Below are positions 27,078 to 40,560 of a stretch of 64,000 bases of DNA, piece by piece (the first letter of the stretch is position 1; each line of letters opens with the position of its first letter). The notes below the pieces were generated by a model. That model worked only from the letters and a program-made list of their open reading frames with translations. It made no database searches and was not told the origin of the DNA. Source of the stretch: Ruditapes philippinarum (lineage: Eukaryota); the NCBI RefSeq assembly GCF_026571515.1, contig NW_026854155.1, forward strand, positions 1 through 64,000, given 5' to 3'. The position numbers and the translations under genes were made by a program.

Positions 27078-28585
27078 TGGAATTAACTAGACCAATATAA
27101 AGTGTGAATTTTAACATGCGCTTCAAAACATTTTATCTTTCGAGAATCCAATGATGTCACAGTAGACTCTATCACAATGGACTTATTCATTTTTACTTTA
27201 TTTTCATCTCAGATTTTTTGACTTTTATTCGCTAGATACATAATTTTGAACGACAGTATTCAATATTTTAATAAGAAAATTTATAACTAAGGCTATTAAG
27301 TTCGAGAAATTAGAGTGCTGCAGATTACAATACTGTTGTTTATACGGAGTTACAAAATGTTGCAGTTTTACAATTATAATTTATTTTCTATTTTTATTAA
27401 CAGAATCTGTATTATTAAAATTAAACGTTAAATTCCGTTCAATACATTATTTGAAAGTTCAGTTCTCCTTGTCATGTATAAGTGTTTTAATTATGTACAT
27501 GTTTGAAAATTCAAAGAGTTACCGATATTGATTTCCAGTTACGTCAGTGGAAGATATTGAATGAGATTTTTTTTTAATCTATTAATATTTCTAATGATAA
27601 AAAGCACTGTCAAATATGCAGGGGTTTAGAAATGAATTATGTTAATAAAACATATCATAATATAGATAGTTTCCAACAGCATAATTCAAGAACGGCTCAT
27701 TCAGTTTCAGTTCCAAGCATCACTGTGTGACAATGTTTCTATCCAAAAGTGATACCTGCCGAAAAAAAAAAATATTTTTGTACGTTATTAACAAAAATAT
27801 TATTACAAAACATATGACGAAACCGAAGCTTAGATACACTGCAGGGAAAAAATATTAAATAAATATACTTGATAGAGTTTAATGGAAATTGATATGCATT
27901 TTATCAAATATTCTTTACAGTATTTAAAATTGGTGAATAAGAATATATATTTGCCAGGATTATTGTATCCCCCGTAATACGTGGAAAGCCTATAAGCGGG
28001 TACACTGGTTTGATGTTGTGTTTCTTTGAAACCGCTATATACTGATTTGAAAAAAGTGTCGCAATACTGTGTCCTTCACCCATCAACTGAACATGTACAT
28101 GACCGTGCACCTTTTTGTCAAATTATTCTTATTTCATTAAAGTTAGCCATTACTTATTTTATTAACTGAAATATTTAACTGATGCTTGACAAAGCAAACA
28201 CTTGTCATTAGTGAGACATTCAGGTATGACCTTGGCGTAACAACGACCTTGACAGTTAAGGCCAAATACTAAATTGACATAATTGTGTTAGTAATAAAAT
28301 GATCTGATCTTAATTATAAATTATGACATTAACATTTAAAGTTAATGCAGGTTCATCATACTGCCGGTTTTGAATATTGTTCAAAACTAAAAAAAACTTT
28401 AAACTATTTAGCATACTTTTATTTTATATATGGAGTTCTCTTCGTTGAATTAAAAAAAACACCAACAAGGTAAAAGTGTGGGATGGATCGGAAACAATGT
28501 GGTACGTACCAAGACATGGACTGATTAAAGATCGAGACAGGGTGGGCTGTATTTTGCGGCAAAGCAGTATAATCACAGCACGTAA

Positions 28586-29024
28586 CTGTTCACTATTGAG
28601 GGAAGAAGATGTGTAAGCGAACGGATAGCTTAGTCGGTAGTCAGCTGCGGAACAGTATTTTAGGGGTCAATGAGTCAAGTCCTAGTCCGGATGCACATTT
28701 TTCTAACCCTTTGACATTTGACTGACAACAGATAGTACTCAAACAATGTGAAATTGGCCTTGGAGTTTAATACTATCACTTATTCAACGGGGGACCTTGA
28801 TGGTATACAGTTCTAAGTCCTATTTCACATTGTTTACTGTACTCGAAAGAAATTCAAGGACGAATTTCAATATAGCAGTGGAACAATTTCCAAACTGTTC
28901 ACTATTTAGGTGAGTCGATGTATAAGCAACCTTATAGCCCAGTCGGTTGAGCCGTAAACTGGTATTTAGAGGGCACAATGTTCAAGTCCCGGTAAGACTG
29001 CACTCTTTTTTTTAATTTATGACA
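28586..29024 (+). mobile_element. Small TRIM-like element with two ~107-bp TG..CA LTR-like repeats containing tRNA-like sequence
   Basis: Repeats at 28610-28716 and 28919-29024, each with TAGC(T/C)(T/C)AGTCGGT (A box) and GTTCAAGTCCC-like (B box). Each is preceded by CTGTTCACTATT and a purine-rich tract. Confidence 0.55.
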
Positions 29025-30248
29025 GTAACACAATGGCAGATATTAGGCATTTAATGTTGTTTAGTAACAATAAAGCATATTAATACATATTAAGTTCATT
29101 ATGTCAATAAATGTCAATTTCAAGTGCCATTAAAAATATTTTATGATGCCCTCTTTTAGTAAATACTTATATTTAATAGTTTACACATGATTCATAATTT
29201 TTTTGAGTCACACACTCCTTCCCACCTGACACCAATGAAAGTGCATAAGGTTGACGGGTTTCCTTATTTTCCTCATTTTTTCTCACTAACAGTTTTGGAC
29301 CCCAAAAAAATTATTCTTAATATTATACATTTGTACTTTTAATCATAATATTTTATAAGGCTTGTGTGGACACCGATTTAAATGTCACCTCATAACATAA
29401 TAAAGCCCTTGTCTAGAAAATGTGTTGGACTGCAGGTTTGTAATATATTTTTTCCTTTGTGTAAAAAATGTCATGTTAATTTCTTCCGCTGCTATGTAAA
29501 TGACTTGATGACTTAATCGTTGATTTGCTTAAGTTTCTAACATTCTTTTGATTTTTGTTTACACAGGAAGCGGTGTCGACATAATTAACGTTTATCTTAG
29601 AGATTACAGGACTAAAACAAAGTATATTTTTATAAAAACGAACCTGATTTTTATTTTTAATATTAGCGTATGATACCTTATATTGTTTAAAAAGCATTTG
29701 GTGAGGCTGTGACAAAAATTTTATTTTGTGTCAGGTTGTGTGCATTTCAGCTCAAACATTAACCCGTTTAAAACACATGCATGGCTATCATTTAACCAAC
29801 TCGCTAAACGATCTAGCTAAAGTTATTGATAATAGTTACAATATTTTGTTTAATGTTTTGAAACGTTTATATTACGCGTTCGTTAAAGCGTGCGAATATT
29901 GTTTAGCGTATTTCGTTAAGCTCCTGCATTATTCGTTTGGTAAAGCGCGCGTGTAAAGTTCGTTCGTATAGCGTTTAACGTGCATGCGTTTTTTCCCCAG
30001 AGCGTGTGATTTTAACGGAAACGTTCACCCTACTGTATGCTTACTTTCTTATAACGATAACTGTTTTCTATTTACGTCATTAAAAAGCAATTAAATATGA
30101 AAAATAAAATTTCTGGTACAATATTATAACAGACCTTTGCTCTTCAAATGTTTCTCTTTATTAAAGTTTCTTCGAGCATGATTGTAGAAAACTCTACTTT
30201 GAGGTTTGTTTAATTTAAATTAATTATAAATGCTATTGTCTTCTTAAG

Positions 30249-30334
30249 ACTTTGATCAGTGTATTTGAATTACCTGTGATTTTGGTGGCAAATGTCAATG
30301 GATAATTGACCGAACAGCTGATTCTGGATACCAA
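30249..30334 (+). pseudogene. Orphan degenerate CTLD 'WIG' exon (remnant of a lost lectin-type paralogue)
   Basis: ttaag|ACTTTGATCAGTGTATTTGA(stop)ATTACCTGTGATTTTGGTGGCAAATGTCAATGG...CAA|gt is homologous to 8573-8658. Flanking intron homology runs ~30039-32360. Confidence 0.8.
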
Positions 30335-30639
30335 GTAATATATCAAATGTTTTCATAAGATAAAGTGACACTTACTCTTGACATGTCTTATAATGACGAC
30401 ACAAAAAATAGAAAAAATAGTCACATCATCGCATTAGTTGTGTCAGATAACGAGAACTTTCTATGGCGTTCATAAGCCTCGGTTTATTTACTAGAATGTC
30501 TTGCTAAGCTTCGGTTAACTAGACCATCTATGGCGTTGCTAAGCCTTGGCTGACTTTCTATGGCGTTGCTTAGTCTCTCTAAACTATACCTTCAATGACG
30601 TCGTTTAACGTCAGATCACTTAACGTTTCCAAGGCGTTC

Positions 30640-30845
30640 TTGGTCGTGTGGTTTTTGACTGCATATCATAATTACCTATTACGGTTTCGAACCCGTCATG
30701 GATTTTTGCTCTGACACGTAAAGAAGATAGCTAGCAAGTTAATAGAACATCGGTCGTTCTACTCAGGTATCCCTTTCGTTTAAAAATGGGTACCTGCGTC
30801 TTCTTGAACGGGTAAAGCTGGAAACCAGTCATAATTTGTGACCTT
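30640..30845 (+). mobile_element. Degenerate SINE copy related to 1290-1490
   Basis: GGTTTCGAACCC...CGGTCGTTCTACTCAGGTATCC...GGGTACCTG...AAAGCTGGAAA. Confidence 0.5.
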
Positions 30846-31475
30846 CTTGTGTTTTTTTTTTACCTAAAGTCTTACCCACCTTCGCTCCCTCATTCCAAAG
30901 TAAGCTATTTATGATAATACCGTTAAGCCTCGTTTATTTAGACTTTGCATGACATAATTATGGCTAAACTCTAACGTTGATAAGCTTCTATTAACTAGAC
31001 GTAACATTCATGGCATGAATAAGGACAGTTCTCTACATAACAATAACGAAAAAAAAAGGAATCAGATTGAAATTTTTAATTTACAATAACTTAAAGCGAT
31101 GATTATTTTATTTTTTTCAATGCATATTACTTCTAACACAAAATATTTTATATTCACACAAAGAAAAAAATCTTAGTAGATTGATAATTTATCTTTATCA
31201 CATAAAGCTATTCAATAAAAACGATATAACACGAGGGTAGTAACACTTAGACATGATGTCTTTTGTGCTACACAAACATAGCGTTATTTTTAAGTGCGCC
31301 AAAGTTAGCGTTACGTTATAGACGCTTCAATGAAAATGACTCTGTTTAACTGTTTACCGTTCTAATTTTATATATTTGATAAAAAGATTATCATATGTGA
31401 TAAAATATGATAAATAGAATATAATATATTATATTGAGTGTAGATTCAATACCAGGTTTGTTGAACTCGTTGCAT

Positions 31476-32246
31476 AATTATAAGAGGTTAATACTTGGTT
31501 GCTGCTCGGCATTATGCGATAATGGCCCGAAGATGAGCATAATGGCCTGAGGGCCACATGCCCAAAGGACATTATGGACTCGAGAGCCATTATCGCATAA
31601 TGCCGAGCAGCAACCAAGAATTAACGTCTTTAATACCTATGTCCGAAATAAGGCATAAAGACATCGCCGCTAATCTTGGTTGTCGCCCTTTTTAAGAAAC
31701 GGACAGTTGTCAATGTAAACAAAAATATGTCATTCAGTTTAACCCTCTTATTAATTTGAAAACATGAGAAAACAAAATAAATATGAGACAATGTCGTTTA
31801 ATTGTTGATTATATTTTTATTTTCTTTTGTGCCTCCGAGACTGATTTCTTGCTCCATTTGTCATCGATCCGATCTTATTTCTACAGTCAAACTGAAATCA
31901 TTTTTGGAAAATTCTGAGGGTTATGTTTTGTCTTTGGTAGAGTTATTGTATTCTTTTATTGAGTTTATAAATCTTCAATGTTAAGTTTTGTTGATTGAGA
32001 CTGATTACGTAATTTAAACTGAAAGCTTTATGTGCAAGGGACTACAGTTCATTCAACGTCAGCAGCCATCTTGAAAGTCACTGAGAGTTGATTACGTCAT
32101 TTTGCACGTGCGCTCATTCACTCGCCCATTATAGAAAAATAATGCCGAGTAGCGAGGCGGACGAAATTGCATAATGACCTAGATCTTGCCATAATGGCCG
32201 TAAAATACCCTAGATTGTGTTACTATATATAGCAACATAGGTATTT
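31476..32246. mobile_element. Non-autonomous element with 149-bp terminal palindrome (Crypton-like architecture, unconfirmed)
   Basis: Perfect 33-bp arms at 31494-31526 / 31586-31618; inverted repeat AATACCTATGT (31632) / ACATAGGTATT (32235). Absent from homologous sites ~9876 and ~49875. Confidence 0.7.
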
Positions 32247-32367
32247 AAACAGTTTAATGCTAGCCAGAGGCTCGCACAATATGATGTACGTTATTTATCT
32301 CGTTTAATAAATTTATTCAATCAATTTCCTGTATATACTTTGTACTTTATATTTATTTTTTATTTAT

Positions 32368-32998
32368 TATCTATCTATTAATAATATTTGGCAAAACTCC
32401 ACAAAATTGACACCTATTGAATAGTTGCGTTGACGCCTTCCTTTTTCCTAGGGCACTTTCACGTTGCCGATGGCGCCATTTTTGTGTAGATGACTCGATC
32501 GCATTTCAAATAAAAGATTATCTTTTATTTTTGAGCCAAGCTCTGTGAAATATATTTGTGTTAAACCGCCGAAGGGGGGAAGGTAGGATAATGATTCTTC
32601 CACGATAAAATGGGCAGGCATTAGTTTGCGGTCCAAAAATCACCCAAGGAAGGTTTCAACATAGAAGGAAAAGACACGTCAAGTAAATATTTTGTAAAAG
32701 TTTAAAAAGCGTCACTTTCGAAATCTAGAATGATTAATAAGTTGTTTTTTGTGGCGTAGCATTTTTTCATGTTTGAAAAACAAGTATACTTTGGAAAAAA
32801 AGAATATTTTTAGAAACCATGCTTACCCTTTTCAGCTTAGTTTTGGTCAAGACTCTAAAACGGAAATGTCGAAGGTTCTCATTTATACAGAAGAGCCAAT
32901 GAATAAGTAGTGCTGTAGAAAAGCGATAGATTTCGAAACTATGACGATGTCATTGATTTTAGTAACTGATAACAACGATGTGATAATTTCTGGAAGAC
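32368..32998 (+). repeat. ~630-bp direct copy of ~22081-22712
   Basis: Shared TATTGAATAGTTG, ACGTTGCCGATGG, TCTTTTATTTTTGAGCCAAGC and AGAAACCATGCTTACCCTTTTCAG. Confidence 0.85.
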
Positions 32999-34530
32999 AA
33001 ATGTGCCTAATGTGTGTTGTTTATGGGTAATTTCAATTAATTAATATGGTCATGCATGGTCACAATTAGTTATTGAAAAATATTTGTTCTATGTCATTGC
33101 TAACTTTGGCAAGATAAATAAAACTTTATGATAGTAAAGATTTACTTGTGAAGGTGCATCAGCGACACCTGTCATAATTGAAAGTCATTGGTAGAATAAT
33201 ATGGGATAAGTAGTTATTAAATGAGTCTATTAATTTCATTAAAAGGACCCATAATTAAAAATGTGAAATTATAACACAATAACAATAAATTATACTATAG
33301 ACTTCCGTTTCACATCATAAATATATTGTTCATATTGAAGAAAACTGTATAGTAGAAACATGTATACAACTTCAATGGTTTCTTTTTTAATTTCTACTGA
33401 AGTTGTAGGATTCTTTCATTATCGTTTATAAATGGGAGGACATCGATGAATTAGGCATCTTAGCGCGCATTTCGAGTGTCAAAACGTGAAGGTTATATCT
33501 TTAACTCATTCAAGTGTTGTGCTCAAACACTTTTTTAGTCTAACGCCGTTCCTGAAGACAGAATGATTTTGTTCCATTTCATTGGCTACCCATCTTTTAT
33601 CTGTTATGCTCTTATGGCACCTGTTTGAATTCATGTGACGTAATGACCTGCGCAAATCTGTCTACCACTTTATTGAGTTGAAATTATCACATGTAAGATC
33701 TGGGAAAACACAACACTTGATTCAAATCTAATATGGCATAGTTTAAATTGCATTCATTGTAGCATTCTTGTTTATTTACATGTGTAGGACTTTTACGTTG
33801 ATATTGTTTCATATCTCACTAATCATTATCATCGGCATCACCAATTACATACTATAATTATGCTTTTAATTTTTATATCGATTTCGTCATCATAAAATCA
33901 TAATATAAATGTTATAATAATTTCATTGTTAAGTACCAGTAGAAGTGTAAAAATCGATTAATCGTACAGATAAACTTGCCTTGTGGAATTTGAACAATAA
34001 ATTTTTCCTGTTTAAACAATACAATTTTCCTGTTGAAACTTCAAAAACGAGAGGTTGAAAATAGGAATTCACGAAGTTGAAAAGTCAATAACGGAGCAAA
34101 TAGACAAAATGATTCCATTGAAAAAATCGCCAAGCATAAAATTGTGCATGTCATATTCTTGAGTTCTTGTTTTTGTGTTTTATGTTTTCGGCTTAAATAT
34201 GCACGATAGTACAAAATACAAACAAAGGTCATGTTAAAATCACTAAACATAGAATACTACATGTTATGATATTTTGTTTATTCTTGTTTTAGGCTTGTTT
34301 ATGTGTTGTTTCTTTTCTTGTCAATGCATGATTGTAGTAAAAACAAGCTTATGTCTACGCAATACTACTAAACTGCTTACAATCGGTGCTAGCGGGCGTG
34401 AGGGAGGTTCCTTTTTTCAGTATCCCTCATGTACAGACTCAATCAAACAGTCTGCAATAGTTCCGAGTAATCATGTTCCCCTTTTTCTTTACAATTACAT
34501 CGATAAACGTTAAATGCTTAGAAATATAAT
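32999..34530 (+). repeat. ~1.5-kb direct duplication of ~42714-44272
   Basis: Long colinear matches, e.g. TGAATTCATGTGACGTAATGACCTGCGCAAATCTGTCT and GAGAGGTTGAAAATAGG.ATTCACGAAGTTGAAA. Confidence 0.85.
33144..33186 (+). pseudogene. Fragment of CTLD 'AICEGASARLVIIDS' exon
   Basis: Translates TCEGASATPVIIES, similar to 8118-8163; no acceptor retained. Confidence 0.55.
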
Positions 34531-35272
34531 TTACCAAAATATATTACTTGTTTCCAATTTCATGATAGTATGTTTCAACAAATGTGATACTTTGCCAATT
34601 ACTTATTCAATTTGTTATTGCGTTAGCAATATAAGATTATATATTGTCCATTCTAATTTAGTAATCAAGCTTTCAATCATTGATAAACCAAGCGAATAAC
34701 TGCAATATTTTAACGTTTGAAAGAAACCCCTATATTTCATATTTATTTGGCACTCGAGATTTCATTTGTGTGATGTAACCTAATGTGTTCCTTGCAAATT
34801 TGTTTCTGGTTTAACCTAGATATGTCAGCTATTGTTATTCATGAAAGACATTCAGGTTTAGAAACAAGATAATGGAATCTCTCTTCTTATAATTACAAAG
34901 AATATGATAAAAATAGAGGATAGATGTTTATATTTTTGTTATGACAGCATCTCAATATAGACATTACTTGTACATGTATAAAGAAATACAGAATCCCTAA
35001 AGAAACTCAAACACGGTAAAATTGAAAATGTTGCAGACTCGGTTTGGTATGGCCTGCTTATGGACGGCATTATTAATTGCAAAATACCGTCCACGCCCCT
35101 AGCATCAGCCTAAGTAACATTGAACATTAAACATGAACTTTTGAACTTTTGATTTTTGAAACATCCGAAGACGTGCTGATATGACGGTTATAATGGACAC
35201 TTATGTTACCCGTTGTACTAACATGTCTTATCAAATGTTTGTAAATTATACAAAGGAAATTGTTAATTTGTT
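34528..35272 (-). repeat. ~740-bp inverted copy of ~18205-18935
   Basis: e.g. CTCGGTTTGGTATGGCCTGC (35038) is the reverse complement of GCAGGCCATACCAAACCGAG (18413); colinear along the block. Confidence 0.85.
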
Positions 35273-35828
35273 TTTTCTTAAACACAGTGGTCTACTTAAG
35301 CACAAAATGAAATTAACACACTAATTATTTGTTCGTTCCTAAAAATTGTTTCCTATGTTTTCTTTTTGTCTGTACTTTTTCAATACTGGAGACCTGTCAG
35401 CACACCATATTTATTTATTAGTGATCAAAAATAAGGAATGTAAATATTGGCTTTTATCTGCAACGTGTCATTTTTTTTCCTAGTAATAATATCTTTAAGG
35501 CTACTCATTTTAATTAAATTTAAGATAAATATTTACATAGTAAAACGTTGCAAACATTTTAATTTTATAAAAAAATACGAGCCAAAGTTTTAACAATCAT
35601 TGATGAGAATGGGGTGCTGTAGATGATTATTTAAACACGCGTTTTTGTTTGCAATATCCGTATGTATAGAACATTTTTTATTTCAATATATTTTCTCAGT
35701 TCTTAAGAGAGACATTACCTTCTGTTTAAGTGACAACTATTTAAGTATAATTTTGATGGCAAAGAAGTTAAAACATTACTTCTGATAGAAAGTGTTTTTA
35801 ATTAGGAGAAATTTCAGATGAGGACAAA

Positions 35829-38741
35829 ATGAAGACATTATTTCAGAAGTTAATAATATTGTCTGCATTATCGTTGCTCTTTGAGCCTTTCTTTTGTGAA
35901 AAAATCAAACGTTTCACAACTAACGGAAGAAATGCGGGAATTCTAGAAGTACGAAATGTACGCTCGTTGTTGAAATGTTCAATTTATTTTCAACACAATG
36001 CGCATTTTAAGTCGTTCAACTATCACAAAAATGATCAAATATGCGAACTGAGTAACCTTTATCCGGAAAGCTTAACAGCAGAGGAAGGCTGGTCAGTCTA
36101 CGCATATATTGGTAAGTTTCTAATAAAACAAATTCTTCACAAAGTATACAAACTTTTTTGCATCAATAAGTTAAAGCAAATGCTTTATTAAGTTTCATAA
36201 AAAATAATTATGTATAACAAGAAATATGTATCAGTATATTTTGTATGAGCATGAATGGTTTTATATGATTAAAGAAAAATAGTATGTTTTGTCCAAATTT
36301 TGTAACGTTGGATTTTAAGAAGATGATGAAAGCAAAATCTTCACACTCGTATATAAATAATTTACAATGTCGAACCTTAACATATACCTTTCACGGCGGA
36401 AGAGTGTTAGAATTATGGTTGGATATGTGCACATACCGGTTGTATTCTATCAATGTATGTACAAGAAATGTAATGTATCAAACAAAATTAAGTTCAGTTT
36501 TAAATTTATGTTTTATTATACTACAATTAAAGATCACAAACGCCATTTATTTAATAAATTACTTATTAATAAATGTTATTATTTGTATACATGTTTATGT
36601 GTCAGGAAAGAATGTGGATAAAAAAAAGATTTAAAACATTATTTCGGTTGCCTTTCAGTTTAATTTGTGCAAGTTCCCCAAATATTAATTCTTTTAAAAT
36701 ATCAGTGTTTCAGAAAAACTGCAAGTTTATAATACACGTAATTATTCAATTTAAATATAGTTGACGGTTCCTGGGGAAACTGGTTAAACTGGGGCTCGTG
36801 TTCCGTCACATGCGGAGATGGAACAACACTCTGCCATATTATTCATATTTAAAATGGTTTACTACAATAATATATTAGTTCATCATTTTATCATGGTAAT
36901 TTAAATTTTAATTTCTTTTCCATAAAAAATTTTTTACTTACAGCGTATGAATTTCCCAATTTTTTGATAACAAGGGGCCAAGAAAAAGGGTCATCCTAAG
37001 CACGGGCCCCTTTTTTCAAAAAGGGTTCATCTAAACGCTTTTTTCTTTTCAAAAAATTTGGGGTTTTAAAAAATTGAAGTTTTTTGGGGTTTTTCAAATT
37101 TAAATCGGGCACCCGTTTAAACCTTTTAGAAAATATTTTACTTTTTTGAAATTTGCCCTACATTTGATATATTGAGGTAAAGCATTTCAAATATAATGGA
37201 ATAGGCAGATATGCAAGGCAACTTTTTAGTAAGCCCGCAATTTTCTTTTTACCCCCCACAATAAGATTTTAATGATTTAAAAAAAGAAAAATAAACTTTA
37301 AAAAAAGGCCTTTTTTAAAATTTTTAAAAGGGCCCCCACTTGAATTTTTTTGCCCGTCAATTTCGCTCGTTATGAAAAGAAGTGGTAAATTTATACACCA
37401 TTGAAAATAGTTACTGATGAAATGACACTTATTTTCATAGCAAATTATTAATTGAGCTTAATAGTTAAAAATATAATATGCCAAATATGCCAAAAAATAT
37501 GCCAAAAAAATAGCCGCAATACGATTGCGGTTCCTAACGGCAAGCCTCATCACCACCAAATAGGCGCGTTCCCTCGGTATGGATATTCGTATCCGAACCG
37601 CAACATATAACAGATATAATTATTCATTAAAATATGCATTACATTTCTTATTTTCTAGTTTCACGATGGAAACCTTCCAAAAAGCTTTATACTATTTTTA
37701 TCTTGATCGTTTTGATAAAGATGCATTCCCGTCATAATTTTCTATTTAAAATTTACTATTTTCATTTGACATTCACATAAAATGATCTTAATGACGAAAC
37801 AGAATCAGTCTTGTTTGAGATAATGATTAGTATTAGACGTCGCGTGCAACTTGTAGACATGCGGTCGTCCATTCAGCAATTTGGAAAACTTTAGTCTTGC
37901 TTTTATTTTATTTATTCATTTTTGTTTATTTTTGTTTAAACAAAATGTCACTGTTTTCAGATGCCCTCATAAAATAGCTTTTCTGATGTTCAACATGTCA
38001 CCGAGCTTTAAGGAAAGTAAACGTTCAAGTTTTTTAGTAGTGCCGTGTTTGAATATCATATCTTTCTGGGTTTTTTACCGTTTTTATTTACCTATTAAAT
38101 AAAATGTCAATCAGCCAGTCTATAGTCTAATGTCCGGAACAAAAAATTGACAGGAATCCAGAGGTTAGGGTATAATCCATCGCAATTCCCGTTACTTACC
38201 GTAAGGAATTTTTCTTCTTATATTTACGTTATCGTAGATAGAACATTTGTAATGCACAATAAACACGAATATGTGTAAACTAGCATTTAATAAGTAAAAA
38301 TGGATTGATTTGAAGATTTTAAATTCAGTGTACAAACGTATTTTTTTAGCAAATCTTTCAATCGTTGTCGCAACAGACAAACAATTAAAGACTTCAGACA
38401 TGGCATTACTTTGTAAATTTATGCAATAGGTTTTACTTTTTTTTTGGCGGCGTCATCAGCAATTTTATGTATGAATTTGTGTTGCAGAATGTTACTTGAC
38501 AACACCATCGGAGTATACTGGGAAACAGAATACATCCAACACTGGATTGCCATGTTACCGATGGGATTCACCTGAAGCAATAACTCATGGCCATACTGAC
38601 TTACAATACTTCCCTGAATCAACCTTGTCGGAGGCTGAGAATTTTTGTAGAAACCCAGTGAGTTGGTATTTTGACCCATGGTGCATCACCAAACCAAATA
38701 CTGAAAAATATTGGGAATATTGCGGTATAAAGAAATGTTAA
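35829..38741 (+). CDS. Gene C: signal peptide + PAN/apple-like + kringle (~178 aa if join(35829..36111,38488..38741)); TSP1 exon truncated; may be a pseudogene
   Basis: Intact 283-nt exon 1 with G|gtaag donor. TSP1 exon begins at 36761 (atag|TTGACGGTTCCTGG) but homology stops at ~36826 and a stop follows. No sushi exon is visible. The terminal kringle exon ttgcag|AATGTTAC...NFCRNPVSWYFDPWC...YWEYCGIKKC* is intact and phase-compatible with exon 1. Confidence 0.6.
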
Positions 38742-40560
38742 TGAAATTGAATGTGACCAAAGTGAAATATGACTGTAAAAGTGTGTCTTTTAACCTTGGC
38801 TTCATTTCTATCATTCCAGTGATTGTATTATGGACTTTTTTCTTTGTGCCTCAACATTTTGAACCTATTTTTGCTAAATACATTGTATTTTCTAACTGCA
38901 TGTCATTTTTATAGACATTGCATCTGGATGGAATTAATAACTATGGCTAGTTCGAAAGATTTTGTGTAGCAGATTATAATAATATAAGTAACACAATGTT
39001 GTAGTTTAACAGAGTCCAGATGTCATTATATTGTTAATATACCAGTAAAATATTGAAAATACGGAAATGAACAAACATGTTATGACAATGGCCTTTTTTA
39101 ATCACATACGGATTCGCATAATACACGGCCCGGTACATCTCTGTATTTTCAAAAGTATGCCCGCATATAGATAATAAACAAAAACCCATACTCTTTCCTT
39201 TATTGTTCGCAGTCACGTTTGCTAGCTATGATGAACGTTATTTTTTCTCTTAACGATCTGTGTAATAAAATGTTCACTTGTATCTGTAAACAAAACAACA
39301 GTGAAGCCAATTACCTTGTCATTACGTTTGTTTTGAAACAGATACTACTGTTTCAATTGTTTCAGTACATATTATTTTTACATAAAATAAATAGAGTCTG
39401 AACTTGTCATTTAAAAGGAAATGCTGGCCTTAAATTTGATATCATAACACATAATATCATGTTAATATATGCTTAAAGTTTCTCCTCAACATAATTATAG
39501 TATACGCTTAAACAGATTTGCGAAAGGTTTGAAATAAAGTTTGTTTCAGTCAGTTTATTTTTTGGCAGAACTGATTTTCTGTCAATAAATTAAGAAAGTA
39601 ACAAAAAAAAAAACAACACATTTTGTTATGCTCAAGTGCTTTCAAATAATTCATCCGTGTTTCATCTTTGAATTTGATTTAATGTTAAATTCACAGAGTT
39701 ACCGATATGAATTTCCAATAACGTCAATAGAGGATAATATATGAATTGTTTTTTAATCAAGTAATCTGTGTCGGGGTTAAGAAATAAAGTATGTAAATAA
39801 AACTTGTCATATTTATATAGTATGTTCCAAATCCATTATTCAAAAACGGCCCGTCAATTCAAGTTTATAACTCTTGAATTGGATTTCTGGCAAAACAACT
39901 ACATGTATGAAGCATTTGCTAAAATACACTGGAGGGATAAGTAATTTAAAATGCTGAATAAAAATCGATATGCCTTTTATCAAAAAAATCCTCTAAGGAA
40001 TTTAAAAGATATAAATAGTTGAAAATTATACACATTTGCTTAGATTTTTGTATTCCCCGCAACACGAATTTTGTCAGTCTGTAAGCGTGTAAACTGGCTT
40101 GGCTTTGAGGACATTTTCAAACGACTATACTAATTTAAATGAAGCGTTGTAAGAATAATTTCGCGATGCCTCACGTCCTGAGAGATTTAAACTGAACATT
40201 TACATGACCATGACTTCTACTGTAGGATTATTTTTTTCTTCTAAAAATAGCATTTAGTTATCTTATTTATGGACACGCTTATGCAAACTAGGACTGATTG
40301 GTTAAGATCGTTGACTTCAAATCTCTTTCCCCTTATGTTTTTACCATGTTAGATAACATCACCATACTGCTAAAACTTTGTTATTTAACAATTACAGCAT
40401 AAAACATTGGACAATACATTAAGGATCAAACATTCAAATTCGGTTATTTTTATTTTTTTTTTACTTTTTATATACATATATTTAATATATATAATTTTAT
40501 TTTATTTTTTTTTTTTTTGGGGGGGGGAGAGTAAAATATTACGGACGATTTATTAATACA

